Assembly (NCBI GenBank): GCA_010015585.1
Contig: ML975149.1
Length of the DNA: 64,000 nucleotides
Origin: Eremomyces bilateralis CBS 781.70
Lineage: Eukaryota
Strand: one strand, 5' to 3'
The translations under genes were made by a program, and so were the position numbers. Within the stretch, counting starts at the first letter, position 1. The number at the start of each line of letters is the position of its first letter. Shown here piece by piece: positions 11,801 to 24,107 of this stretch. Under the pieces are notes generated by a model. The model saw only the letters and a program-made list of their open reading frames with translations. It ran no database searches and was not told where the DNA came from.

Positions 11801-14800
11801 GAGTCTTTATTCGTCCAAAAAAAGGCAGAGCTTTCCGTCAAATGCTTTTCGCTTGCCAGTTTGGATTCATCCGAACCATGGTTCTCTCCGCGCGCCACAG
11901 AGGCGGTTGAGGGCGCACAAGCGCGAATGATGGAAAGCAGACTCGCAGCCGGGAACCCGCCGTTATCACCTCCTGCCAGCGGCCGAGCTACTGCTGGTAA
12001 CATGGGCCTGAAGCTCATCACCAGCTTTGGCAAAAGCGGCTTGAAACCCCCTGGTGGCGCGCTTGATGAAAAGACTCCAATGGGAGGACCAGGGGTGACG
12101 CCTATTGCCGAAAGTGCTCTCTCCCCCTCGGGAGCAGGCTGGAATGGTCCCAATGCTTTCCGCAGTATTAACCCCCATTCTCTTGGTTCGGCCCAAGCGA
12201 CCGCAACTCCTGGCGGATACTATCGGCGGAGGCGATTCCCAAGCAGAAGTTCTGTCGATCGAAATGCAGATACGACACCCATCGCCGCTACCCCTCAGTA
12301 CGGAAGCAGGATGAACACTCCACAAACGGCCATCAATGCTCCACCAGACCTGCCAGGAGAAGCATCACGCGTGAAATCCCGTAGCACTTCTCAAGGCCGA
12401 GCATCGGAGCTAGAGATTCTCTCACCAGTTGCTTATGAGCCGCCTCGAACTCTGGCATCGGCCGTATCTGAAGGTACCGGGCGTGGGCGCGTCAAATTGC
12501 CGCCACCGACGAAGAATGCGTTCAGCGGATTCAAAGAGGAAAAGCGAAATGGGTCGAGGGATCGAAAACCAGAAGACTTGCATCTGAATCTCAAGCAGAA
12601 TGTTGTGGTGGAGCCTGCCCTTGGCTCACCTGAGGGCTCGATGATCACTCATACTACAGCTACAACCGCGAACAGCTCCAAAGCCACTACGAATCGCACA
12701 CGTGCAAGCGAGGGTACAACTCGAAGTACCAAATCTGTCGATCGCCACCTCGCAGCTAGCAAAGTTCGATCCATCGACCAGTACATCAATAGCATACAAG
12801 CCGCGAACTTCCAAGCTGCACGTCAACGTTCTGAGAGTCGAAAGCGAGGGACAAGTCGGGAAGGAAAGGAGCGTGATCGGACATCTAGCGTTCACAACCG
12901 ACAATCCTCTGACTCTCGCGGTCGATCTGGCACTCGATACATCAAGCCAGCCAAGCGTTCGCCATCGTCCCCGGTCTCGATGTCACCTGATCAAGCGGCA
13001 TTGTATTCATCCCAAGATACATTTGATGCAGAAAGGTTCTACAAAGTTGGCCCAACGACTGCTTCTGAGACGACGAACACTACTCGTAGAGGCCGTAGTC
13101 GCTCCAAGGGCCCTGGTGGAACGTCTAAGACACGCTCAATATCCCGATCCCATCGCAATTCATCTGTCGAGGGCCACAGGCATCGATCAAGAAGCCGACG
13201 GCATGGAAGCTCACGGCATGAAGACTCACGGTATGGAGACTCACGGCATGGGGACTCACAGCATAGAGACGCAAGCCGCTCAGAAAGTATGGAGCGGATG
13301 GGACGCCCTGTACTCACGGACGGCCGTGGGCGGACACACCTTCGGGGTGAAGGATCTACTGGCCGTTCGCCATCCAGCCCATTACCCCTCACAACTGAAG
13401 GTCGAAGGCGGCGGGCCGAAAGTGAAGATACAGAGAAAGTCCGCAACAGACAGAGAAGCACGAGCCGCCATGCTAGGGTCCCGAATATCAGTCGAGCTTC
13501 AGCATCACGAGAAGCGAGTCTTGAAAGGCATCGAGAGCGATCCATGGAACGCATGAGAGAAAGAGAGTCATCCAGAGGCAGGCGCAGCGAGAAAGTGTTA
13601 TCACGAGTTTCAGAGAAATCACCCGAGCGCATCCCTCGCCCACTTCAAGCGCCAACAAAACCGACATTTCCAAGAGTAGAGACGACTTTCACAGAGGTCA
13701 AGCCGCTGACGAAGCGGGAGCTTGCAGCAAAAGAACTTGAAGAGCGACGACTTTCACTGGCGAGACGACCTTCTGCTCCTGCAATCCCCCATCCTGATGA
13801 GCTTTTTCGGCCAACCCTGAGCAACCGCTCCTTTACCGACATTAGTCCTTCCGGACCTGAATCGCACACCCGGGAGCCCTCATCCTCCATCAGTGAGAAG
13901 GATGTATGGCGCAGTCCGCTGGACAATGATGCGCCCCCCCAGCGGCGGGCAATAAAGACGAATGGGACGAGCACATCGTCAGTCCCTATTGGGCTTCCAG
14001 CAACTCCAAGTGCCATGAAACACCCAAAGTACATGAGTCCTAATACCGAGAACGATAGTGTCCCTTCTGTGCCTGCTATTCCGCCCGAACTTTCCAATCA
14101 AAGTCCAAGTGCCCAGCAGGATTCCGATCCACTATTTACTCTCCCGGCCACTACATACGGTCAACTAACGAAAGCCGACATCCAGCGTTCCGCATCTGTT
14201 CCGCTTGAGCAATCACTTGGAGCATCTGCAACCTCTCCAGCGAGATTAGGTGCTCGACGTGAGTCAGTCTCTACGAGGTATCCTGGCCATTCAAGAGTAC
14301 CTTCTGCAGAGTCCCCTCAGCGCAGTCCACCGATGCCTTCGCCCATCGCTTCAATTGGCGAGACCCTTGCTGCGTCACATCAGAAACCGCAGGTTCGGGA
14401 ACAAAATGTCTTCACTGTAGACAAGCCAAAGTTTGGTAAAGTTCCTAGTCCTACCCCCACGCCAGTCCTCCCCGAACTGCAACACCTTTATTCCCCTCCA
14501 CCGCCACCGCCTCCACCGTCTTTATTCCGGGGCAGCACCGCCACGGGAATTTCATCACAAGGTGTCATCAACATTGGCATAGACAGCAACAATTCGCCGC
14601 CTGCTTATGGCGACTCTCCACGTGTCTATTCCACCAGCACGCAGAGCTCACGCACAGGAACTCCCGCCGTCCACGATCCTAACCTTGCCTCCTCCCCTGC
14701 CCAGGGTCATCGTCGTGGTCGTGGCTCCGTCTCCGAGACCGTCGGCCAAAAGCTTCGCAGCGTCCGCGACCGAATCCGTAGTACTAGCCGCGGTCGCAAT

Positions 14801-15217
14801 AACATGAGCCCCGGAAATGATGCCCTTTCAGCCGGTGCCAGCCCGTACGAGTCGGTGCCTCCGCCATTCACCTTCCCGCCCACTGGCAGCCGGACCATGA
14901 GCCCAAACAACGCCGAGCCGAACAGCCCGGAGCGTCCATACACGAGTCATGGCGGCGGACAAGCGGCGACTCCGCATCCGGAAGTAACCATTCCTGCTGG
15001 ACCGGGCGTAGGTGTCGTGATGGGGCCGGAATCATCTCCTGGGCCAGCATCTGCGGGTGCGGAGCAGAGGGGACCGAGGCCAAATTTGCCGTATCAGGGA
15101 TATAGGAATCCGAAGGAGATCCGAGCAAATATGCCACCTGACCAACTGCAGTTGGGTGTTACAAATTCAGCGTATTTGGCAGGAGGGATGGCTCCGACGC
15201 AGGGTGGGAATGGGTGA
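8879..15217 (+). CDS. Large WD40-repeat protein with a central alpha-solenoid (Gemin5-TPR-like) segment and a long Ser/Arg/Pro-rich disordered C-terminus
   Basis: Exons 8879-9413, 9880-10003, 10059-10364, 10459-11375 and 11436-15217 join in frame through GT..AG introns. WD motifs: TIVWDL, LRVWSI, TCVWDV. Helical segment: EAFVQSLLAKGDIHPAVALLLGFGEHDEAVEVY. Confidence 0.85.
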
Positions 15218-16138
15218 ACGGTTGGTGGCAAGATCGAGGCTTCGAACGGCCTCTTAACGGCCTTTTGTGAGCTCGAAGGGGTACTCGAAATTAACTAAGC
15301 AGCTTAGAAGAAAATAGGGGCTATTGAAAACCTCCTCGTTCATGTTCACAGCACCTTATTTTGGTACTTTATGTTTGGAGTCCGGGTGTAGCAAATTTGA
15401 TATTGAAGCGGTTTCGTTTTGCTTTTCAATTCGTTTTATATTCGGCCACGGCATGATATCTTCTATTCTTCGTGTTTTGGTTCTTCGAAGGGCATGACTT
15501 TGGCATTTAGCGATGGATCTGGGACTTTGGGACGACTGGACGACCGCGTATTCATCGATTTGCTCAAATTTTCCCTAGTCATGTTGCGGGCCCTAGCTTG
15601 AGGGATAAGCGAGCCGCAGAGTTTGCGTTATGTGTTCTAGCAACGGGCAAGGAACGGGAGGCATGGCATGGCATGGAATGGGCACCAGAATGAAAAACCT
15701 CCCCCAGCGTTTCACTAGAGCGGGCAGAGCGATCTGCATCGGGTTATTCACCATCGGAGTCGCGATTCTGTAGCCTAGGGCGATTGAATTGTAATTGGAG
15801 TATCTGAGCGGTCAACAGAGCAGAATCGCTCGTGAACAGTGATATCCGTAGAAAGCTTGAGAGAGCGGGGTTAAGCGCGTAACTCGGGATCTACACCTGC
15901 AGTCACGAAACGGCGTCCTTGGCGCGAATTGTTTCGCTTCGGTTGACGTTGTAAGCGCCGCACTTAGCCCCTGGATTCTCGGAGGAGTAGGGCTGCAGCG
16001 TGTCTGCTTCGCCTACGCATGCTCAAGCGGGGCAGGCTCAGCCACAGACACTCGACACATGTAGACGCCGGTATGCAGAGGGTGCATCAATGCCCAAACG
16101 CGGGATGATGATCACGTCGACTTGTCGTGTGTCCGAAT

Positions 16139-18030
16139 TCAAGGCGGCGCTCCAGCAGCTCTCCCAGCCGCACTCACCGGAGCGGCACCGCCATCCCCCG
16201 CTCCCCCTCCCTTCCCCCCTCCCCACCTCCCTCTCCCCCGTCCACCTCTCCCCCCATGTCCCCCTCTCCCCCCCTGTCCCGCCCCTCCGCCACCCCCCAC
16301 CGTCCCCTTTCCCCCCTTCTCCCTCCTCACCAACACCTCCACCGCCCCCTCCGCCACCTTCACCGGACTCGCCGCCACCGCGGCCATCAACCCCTCGCTC
16401 GTCGCAAACTCCGCATACGCGTAGCCTTTCTTGCGGTCGATTTCGCAGCTGACGACGGGGCCGTGGGCGGCGAGGGCGGTGGTGAGGAGGTCGGTGGTGA
16501 TGCCTTGAGAGGGGTTGGCGTGTTTGAGGAAGGCGTGGGTGATGGTAGTGGTGGTCAGGGGTGGGGGTGCGGTGGATTTGCGGGAGGTGGAGGGTGCGGT
16601 CGATGGAGTGGATGGGGGTGGGGTTGGTTGAGCGGCGGGAGTGGGGGTGGGTGTCTTTTTGAGGATCGTGGGCGAGGGTTGCGCGGATTGTGCGGCGGAA
16701 TGCTTGGTAGATGGCGTGGTTAGGGGTTGTGCGGTCGAGCCGATATTGTTGGGTTTATCGACGATCGTCGCGTTGGCATTCGCGGCCGCCTTTGCCGCAC
16801 CTCGAGGACCCCGCGTGCGTGGACCTTTAGCTGGTCTCCCGGTCTCCTTTGCCGATCCTGCCGCCGCCCTGCCTGGGGTCGCTGCCGAGGCTGAAGAGCC
16901 ATCTAAAAGCGCTGCTGGGCGCGGAGACGCCTCGCTGTCGGCCTTCGCAGCCGGTTCACGGCTCCCGGGGGTGCTGGGAGCTGGCACGACGCCTTTTCCG
17001 CGCGGTCCCCGGCTCGGTAGCACGCCCAGATCACGCTGTACGATCTTCGCTGCGAGGCTTGCATTTCCGCGCTCCCTTCTTCGTTCGGCGGATGGGCCGG
17101 TCGGAACCGTAGTGGCTCCGCCTTGTGCCTGGGTAGCCGCGGCGGCGGCGGCTTTCGATGATGCCGGAGATTCCTTGGTGAGGACTCTCACCGGCGTTTT
17201 ATCGGCTTTCGCTCCGCGTTTGGACCTGCTGGGTGACGCAGCCACCTCCTTCGACGCCTTCGCCGCCTTCTTGTCGGCCGCCTTATCGGCCTTTGCGTCC
17301 TGCTGCGCGTGCTTCCCTCCTTTCTTGGACTTGGCGGCTTCCTTGGCGGCTTCCTGGGCGGCCTTCTTGTCACGCAGATGTTGAATCAGCGGCGTGATGG
17401 TGACTTTCTCGGCGGATTTGGATGTGGACGCCTCGCCCACGGCGTCGATGGGCGCGGGTTTTGTGATGGGGTTGGTGAGGCTCTCCAGGAAGGCCTTGAA
17501 GTCCGGATCTTGATCGATTAGGCCTTGGCGTTGGTCGACCTTGCGCTTGCCGGATGGGACTTTCTGCAGCAACGCGATTTCGAGGACGGGTGGTCCGATA
17601 AGGGCGGGGTCGCGCGTAGTGTTCTTCGAGTCGACGAATTGTGTCTCCTTGACATGTTGGTTTAAGGCGAAGATATGTGCCTTATCGGTGACTCGGAGAT
17701 AGGCTCTAGAGGGCAGAGAGGGGTTCGCAGCACTGTCCATGAATTAGCGACGCACCAAATACACCGTCTAACTTCTTGGACGTACTCAGTAGAGATACTC
17801 CCTGGCCGATACGACACCCAATCGACCTTCCCCGCTCCGCATTTCCACTCACCGCCCAAGGCCGCTTCGAACTCATCCTGAGTAAGTCCCGGGGCGAGTC
17901 GACGGATCACGATCTTGAGCTTCGGCGACGCGGGTTTTGGAGGCTTCTGAGGGGCGTTTTTCTGGAGAATGGCCGTGGGCATTGGTAAGAGTCCATTTTG
18001 AGAGGGTGCTCCCTTTCCGCTTGGAGACAT
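16139..18030 (-). CDS. UPF3: Nonsense-mediated decay factor UPF3 (Smg4/UPF3 RRM-like domain) with a C-terminal RRM-like domain and RGG tail
   Basis: Exons 18030-17786 and 17732-16139. The N-terminal KLKIVIRRLAPGLTQDEF...PSRAYL...GPPVLEIA matches UPF3. The C-terminus has an RNP1-like KKGYAYAEF and RGG repeats. Confidence 0.85.
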
Positions 18031-18227
18031 GCTCGAAGGCAAGGGTCTCCTCTAAGATGGTTAGCAGTATGGCATTGAATCACGAACGCCTAGGAGGAGA
18101 GTCGAACGTGGGGATGGTAGGAGAGGAGCGGGGTGGTGATAGTGGAAGTTCAAGATATCAGTATCTCGCAGTTCATCACGAAATTCATCCGGAGCATTAG
18201 GAAGGGAAGTCCGAGTTGACGTCGTGA

Positions 18228-18267
18228 GATGCCTTGATGCCTTGATGCCTTGGAGCCTTGATGCCTG
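18228..18267. repeat. Short tandem repeat (GATGCCTT)n in the UPF3/SIT4 divergent intergenic region
   Basis: gatgccttgatgccttgatgccttggagccttgatgcct. Confidence 0.8.
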
Positions 18268-18631
18268 TATCCGAGCTGCCCCGCACCGCCACAATATCGG
18301 GAGCTACGCCACTTTCCCAGCACGACGACTGGCACTTCGATGGCCTGTGATATGTCGTTCAGACATCTTGTTTCGATGTATTGTGATGGGGATCTACTGT
18401 GAAAGAACTCGCCACAAACTAGACCATCTCAACCTTTTGCTTTCCTCCGCAATGCCCCGCTGCCGTTTCCCCAAGTCTGCTCAGCATCTTTAGCGCTTTT
18501 CATCCCAAAGCCACCCCGTAATATCCCAAGTATCCACCTGTCTCGAACATTTGTCACACGAACCGCCCTCCCTTTCTGGCCGCCCTTTTGAACCTTATAC
18601 CCTACCCGTCGATTGAGAAGTATACCTCGCC

Positions 18632-20019
18632 ATGGCGAATGAGAGCGATGTTCCCCAGCCGGGCGCCGCTCGGTTATCGAAGGGTGCCGGACCCGATGAA
18701 TGGCTCGAGCAAGCCAAGCAGTGCAAATACCTCCCGGAAAGCGACATGAAGCGTCTATGCGAGATAGTCAAAGAGTTCCTCATGGAAGGTACGTTTCCCA
18801 TCCCGCCGCGCAGCGCACCCCCCCGCGCGTCTCCATCCCCCCAGCTAACCCCCCCAGAATCCAACATCCAACCTGTCCGCACCCCCGTCACCGTCTGCGG
18901 CGACATCCACGGGCAATTCTACGACCTCCTTGAGCTCTTCCGCGTCGCTGGCGGCATGCCCGACGATGCGCCCCTCCCCACCGCCGCGTCGCCCGCCCCG
19001 CGAGGCAAGCCCATTCGCCCGGAAGACATCGAGCCGCCGACGCAGATCAGCGACCCACGCGCCAAGCGGAAGATGAAGCGGCGGTATCAGCAGGATGCGA
19101 ACTATACGGGGTCGAGCCCCGGCGAGGACGAGGAAGAAGATGAGGAAGAGGAGGAGCGGGGGCGGAGTCGAAGCGTGGGTAGGGCGGGGAGGGACGCGAG
19201 TTTGGGGTCGGGGGAGACGGGGGAGAGTGGGAATACGGCGGGATCCGGGGGGGATGGGTTGCAGAACTACATCTTCCTGGGCGATTTCGTCGACCGGGGG
19301 TATTTCAGCCTCGAGACGTTCACGCTGCTCATGTGCCTGAAAGCCAAATACCCCGATCGTGTCACCCTCGTCCGCGGCAACCACGAGTCGCGGCAGATCA
19401 CACAGGTCTACGGGTTCTACGAGGAGTGTCAGACGAAGTACGGGAACGCGTCGGTGTGGAAGGCGTGTTGTCAGGTATTTGATTTCCTAGCGCTCGCGGC
19501 CGTCATCGATGGGAAGGTGCTATGCGTGCACGGGGGGCTGTCGCCGGAGATTCGCACGCTGGATCAGATCCGCGTGGTGGCGAGGGCGCAGGAGATTCCG
19601 CACGAGGGCGCGTTCTGCGACCTCGTGTGGAGTGATCCGGAGGAGGTGGATACGTGGGCGATTAGTCCGAGAGGAGCGGGGTGGTTATTTGGGGATAAGG
19701 TGGCGACGGAGTTCAATCATGTCAATGGGTTGCAGTTGATTGCGAGGGCGCATCAGCTTGTGAACGAGGGTTACAAGGTTCGTCTGGTCTACCCCAAGTA
19801 TGTGTTTCTCCTGCTGACACTACCCAGTACCATTTCCCCGACAAGGACGTCGTTACGGTCTGGTCCGCTCCAAACTACTGCTACCGATGTGGCAACGTCG
19901 CGTCCATCATGAGCCTCAAGGAAGACCTGGATCCGCAATTCACCATCTTCAGCGCGGTGCCGGATCACCGCCGCGCCGTCCCAGCGGGACGCGGGACGCG
20001 GGGCGAATATTTCCTGTAA
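18632..20019 (+). CDS. SIT4: PP6/SIT4-type Ser/Thr protein phosphatase catalytic subunit
   Basis: Exons 18632-18788, 18858-19777 and 19828-20019. PPP motifs GDIHG, GDFVDRG, RGNHE and [11 protein letters not shown] are present. N-terminal GPDEWLE and C-terminal YFL are as in Sit4/Ppe1. Confidence 0.92.
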
Positions 20020-20959
20020 ATTCACCACCACCGCCGTCGGATGTTCGGATGTTACGTCCCTTGGATACCTACCTTGCACTGCTACGTCCATGTCACGCCA
20101 GAGATGCCCTGCATGACTATAAAGCAGATGATACACGCTTTTTTGTCGTTCGGTTTTAGATACCATACCAGCCACATGCACCCGTCATGTCCGTTGGGGG
20201 GATGTTGCAGGCAGGAGTTGATTCGGGTGATTGGGAGTACTTGTACTATATTGCGCTCTTGTATATTGCATGGGCAGCTATGGGAAGAAGATGATTGATT
20301 GGTTTGGGTGGTGCTGTTATGAGTGTCACGTCTCAATATCTATTCCACCGTCTATGCCTGGTTACAGCCTCGCTTTTTGATACCGTACGATACTGCCAGG
20401 AGCGAGAGAGAGACCAGTCATCGGACGCTGTTGAAGACTGGAGCATGGGTCCACTAACGCAAGAAATATTCCCCACGGTTGGTATTGGCCGGCACAGTGA
20501 TTGCAGTATTCATTGACGGATAAGACATTATGAAGTACCTAGCATTTAGTACAGTAACGTATCTACTACTATCTACAGTAAAAAGGAATCGAGGGTTGAT
20601 AGTTACTGTATACGAACTTGAGGAAGCTCGTTGTGGACGGTAGAGCAAGCGACACTCCCCTGTAGTCTCGTGTCTCGTCTCTCCTCTCCTCTTATTGGAG
20701 TCTCATTGCTTGTGTTGCTTCCACCGTTCCACTCCTCTGCTGCTCTTTGCTCCCCCTCCCCCCTTCTCCCACCTCAATTATCAACCACTCCCTTCTGTTA
20801 GACCGCTCCCTTTCTGGATCCCTTGCGAATGGCATGTGTGCTCTCATTTAATCCTTCAGAAGCAACTTCCTACGTTTCAATCTCTGGAATTGCAGCCCTC
20901 CCGCCGCCGTCTTGGTGTTTGTTCCCTCCTCCCTTCGCCTCCCACACCGCAACATCACC

Positions 20960-23190
20960 ATGAATTCCAACGACGCCCCAAACCGCCTGCAGCTCAACTT
21001 TGGCTTCAACAACGACCGAAACAACAATTACGCCGGCGATGCAGGGCGGCAGTATCCCACCACCCCCTCGACCTTCCCTCAGCCCGTGTATCCGAACCAA
21101 TCGGGCCAGCAGGAGGTCTGGGGCGCCCAGCAAACAAACAACGGCTATGGAAATGCGAACTACTTCATGAGCAACCCGTATCAAACCGCCTACCAGCAGC
21201 AACACCCTGCTGGTCAACACCCCGCTGGTCAACACCCCGCTGGTCAACATCCCGCTGGTCAACATCCCGCAGGCCAACAAGCCAGCCAACAAGCCAGCCA
21301 ACAAGCTCCCTCCTCAACCTACCGTCCGGCCGCAGGATACAACGTCAACGACGCCACGAACGGCCTCGTCCACCAATTCTCCCACCAGAACCTCGGCGGG
21401 AACTCCCCGCGCTCCGGCAGCCCGTTCGCTCGGCAGCCCTCGCCGAACCAGCCACGACCGAAGACGGCGGGGACATCGAACCAGCCGCAGCCGCAGCCGC
21501 AGCCGCAGCATTCGAACAACTTCCTCGCACCAACCGTCCCCAGCGCCAGCAGCGCGCCGGTGGAGGAGGAGGCGCCGCCGAAGCAGCCAGAGAAATATGG
21601 CGATAATATATCGAAGAAGGCGAAGATGACCACGGGGCTGGTCGCGCAGTTCTTCAAGGATAACGTGCAGCGGGCAAGGGATAGGAATGGACGGTTCGTG
21701 GATCCATCGAGCATTCATCTATGGTGTACTGATATCTTCTAGGGCGCTGGAACTCGAGCAGATCGTGAATGACCACTCCATGCCGGAATCCCGAAAGGAA
21801 CAGAAACGGAACAACATGGTCCGGGCGGAGGCTCAATATCTGCGATTCCTCCGCACCAAGGAGAAGCCGGAGAACTTCAAGACCATCAAGATCATTGGAA
21901 AGGGGGCTTTTGGGGAGGTGAAGTTGGTGCAGCGCAGGAATGACGGCAAAATCTACGCATTGAAGTCGTTGGTTAAGACCGAGATGGTAAGTCCCCTCAC
22001 TGGGATAAAATTCCGGTCTCTAACAGCTTGTAGTTCAAAAAAGACCAGTTGGCACACGTTCGATCTGAGCGAGATATTCTCGCGGAGTCCGATAGTCCTT
22101 GGGTGGTGAAACTGCACACGACATTCCAGGACAACACTTTCTTGTACATGCTCATGGAGTTCCTTCCTGGTGGAGATCTCATGACCATGTTGATCAAATA
22201 CGAGATATTCACCGAGGACATCACTCGGTTCTACATGGCCGAACTTACGCTTGCTATCGAAGCCGTACATAAGTTAGGCTTCATCCATCGGTTGGTTTAC
22301 CTCTCACACCTATCCTCATCAAGCTAACCCTTATAGCGATATCAAACCCGACAACATCCTCCTCGACCGCAACGGCCACATCAAGCTCACCGACTTTGGC
22401 CTCTCCACCGGCTTCCACAAAGAGCACGAAGCCTCCTACTACCAACAACTCCTCTCCGGCGGCAAGCACCGCTCCTCCCGCGACAACCGCCAATCCATCA
22501 ACTTCGACCAAATCCACCTCACCGTCTCCAACCGCGCGCAGATCAACACCTGGCGCAAATCCCGTCGCCAGCTCGCCTACTCCACCGTCGGCACCCCGGA
22601 TTACATCGCCCCGGAGATCTTCAGCGGGAAGGGCTACGACTTCGGCTGTGATTGGTGGAGCGTCGGCACCATCATGTTCGAGTGCCTGATCGGCTGGCCG
22701 CCCTTCTGCGCTGAGGAGCCGCACGACACCTATCGGAAGATCGTCGACTGGCCTCGCCATCTGCACTTCCCGCCGGACTCCCACCTCGGCCCGGAAGCCG
22801 AGAACATGGTTCGAGGGTACGTTTCCCCCTTTCATCATATCCCTACATTCCCCCCCCCCTCTTCCATCCCACCCACTAACCACCCATAGTCTCATCTGCG
22901 ACCCCGAAAACCGCCTCGGCCGCATCTCTGGTGCCCACGAAGTCAAGACCCACCCCTTCTTCCGCGGCGTGCAATGGGACACTCTGCGCCGCATCCGCGC
23001 CCCCTTCGAACCCCGCCTCACCTCCAGCGTCGACACCCAGTACTTCCCCATCGACGAGATCGACCAGACGGATACGAGCGCCCACATGCGCGCGCAGACG
23101 GCAGCTGCTGGAGAGGATGTCGCGGCGGAGATGAATTTGCCGTTTATCGGGTATACGTATAAGCGGTTTGATGCGTTCCGGGGGTCGTGA
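20960..23190 (+). CDS. cot-1: NDR-family Ser/Thr kinase COT-1/CBK1
   Basis: Exons 20960-21693, 21743-21986, 22034-22290, 22337-22816 and 22890-23190. Kinase motifs [19 protein letters not shown] and [14 protein letters not shown], plus hydrophobic motif FIGYTY. N-terminal [11 protein letters not shown] as in Neurospora COT-1. Confidence 0.95.
21199..21305 (+). repeat. Coding minisatellite in the COT1 N-terminus: (QHPAG)x5 then (QQAS)x2
   Basis: 15-bp caacaccccgctggt units followed by 12-bp caacaagccagc units. Confidence 0.85.
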
Positions 23191-24107
23191 GCGGGTGGTT
23201 GATTGCGGAGCTCCTGGGATAACATTAGCGGAGCGATGAACCGGATCGAAATGTGCCAGCGCAGTTCACGAAGCGTCGCGTGTTTTTCGGCGATTGATTG
23301 ACAGACGGGCGGAGCGGATGGGAGATTTTCGCGTCCGGGGGACTGCATGATGACATGGCGGCTTGCGGCGTCATGGGTTTGGTTTTATTGACAACTCGCT
23401 CCTTGGGATCTCGAAAACGAAAAATGGATGGGATGCTGAGATGGGGGCGGGGCGGACGTGTCGGCCGGTGCCATGGTTATGTGGGCAGGTAGAATTGAAC
23501 GTTCAATGAATCATGGCTGGGGAATGTGACTCGTAGTTCGTGTAGTAGATGGAGGGCGTGATTGATCTCATACGGTTATATATTGGGCTGAGTTGATCGA
23601 TATGGCTTGAACAATTGTAGCTGTAGCACCTCTCTACGAGGGATTCTCACACCCAGAATTTGGCTACTTCAATTCTCAAAACACTGCTCCACCGAAAATC
23701 ACTATCTAGCATTTCCACCCTCATACAAGCCTCGTTTCCCAGAACATATACATCGAAACTCCCCTATTCCTCTGATGCGGATGGGTGAGGTGGTGCTTCG
23801 TCAATGAAATGTTAAGGGTCAACGACGGGCTGATGTGGGTTCAACCTCTTTCAGTTGGCTCCCCAGCGACTTGCATCATAAAACGACAACTTCGATTGAG
23901 ATTTTAATCACCCAATGTTTAATTAGTTCTCATGGAATAATTTGTAGAAGTCTAAGAGAGAGCTTTCTCACATCGCAACTGGAAACACAACCGATCCATT
24001 CGCTCCTCCGTTGAACTCACAAAATTCTAAGGATCGAAACGTCCTGATTCTGCCCTTGTCCAAGCAGTTCTCCCGCCAAACCTGATATAAAAAGGGTCAA
24101 TAAAACA

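Noticed and set aside
11719..17521. Long antisense or alternate-frame ORFs over the WD40 and UPF3 genes (e.g. 12702..13556 +, 16641..17384 +)
   Set aside because: Shadow ORFs caused by GC-rich codon usage of the real genes.
22281..23348. 355-aa minus-strand ORF opposite COT1, and similar ones opposite 54199..55455 and 58242..59342
   Set aside because: Antisense shadows of strongly C-ending codons. They have no domain features of their own.
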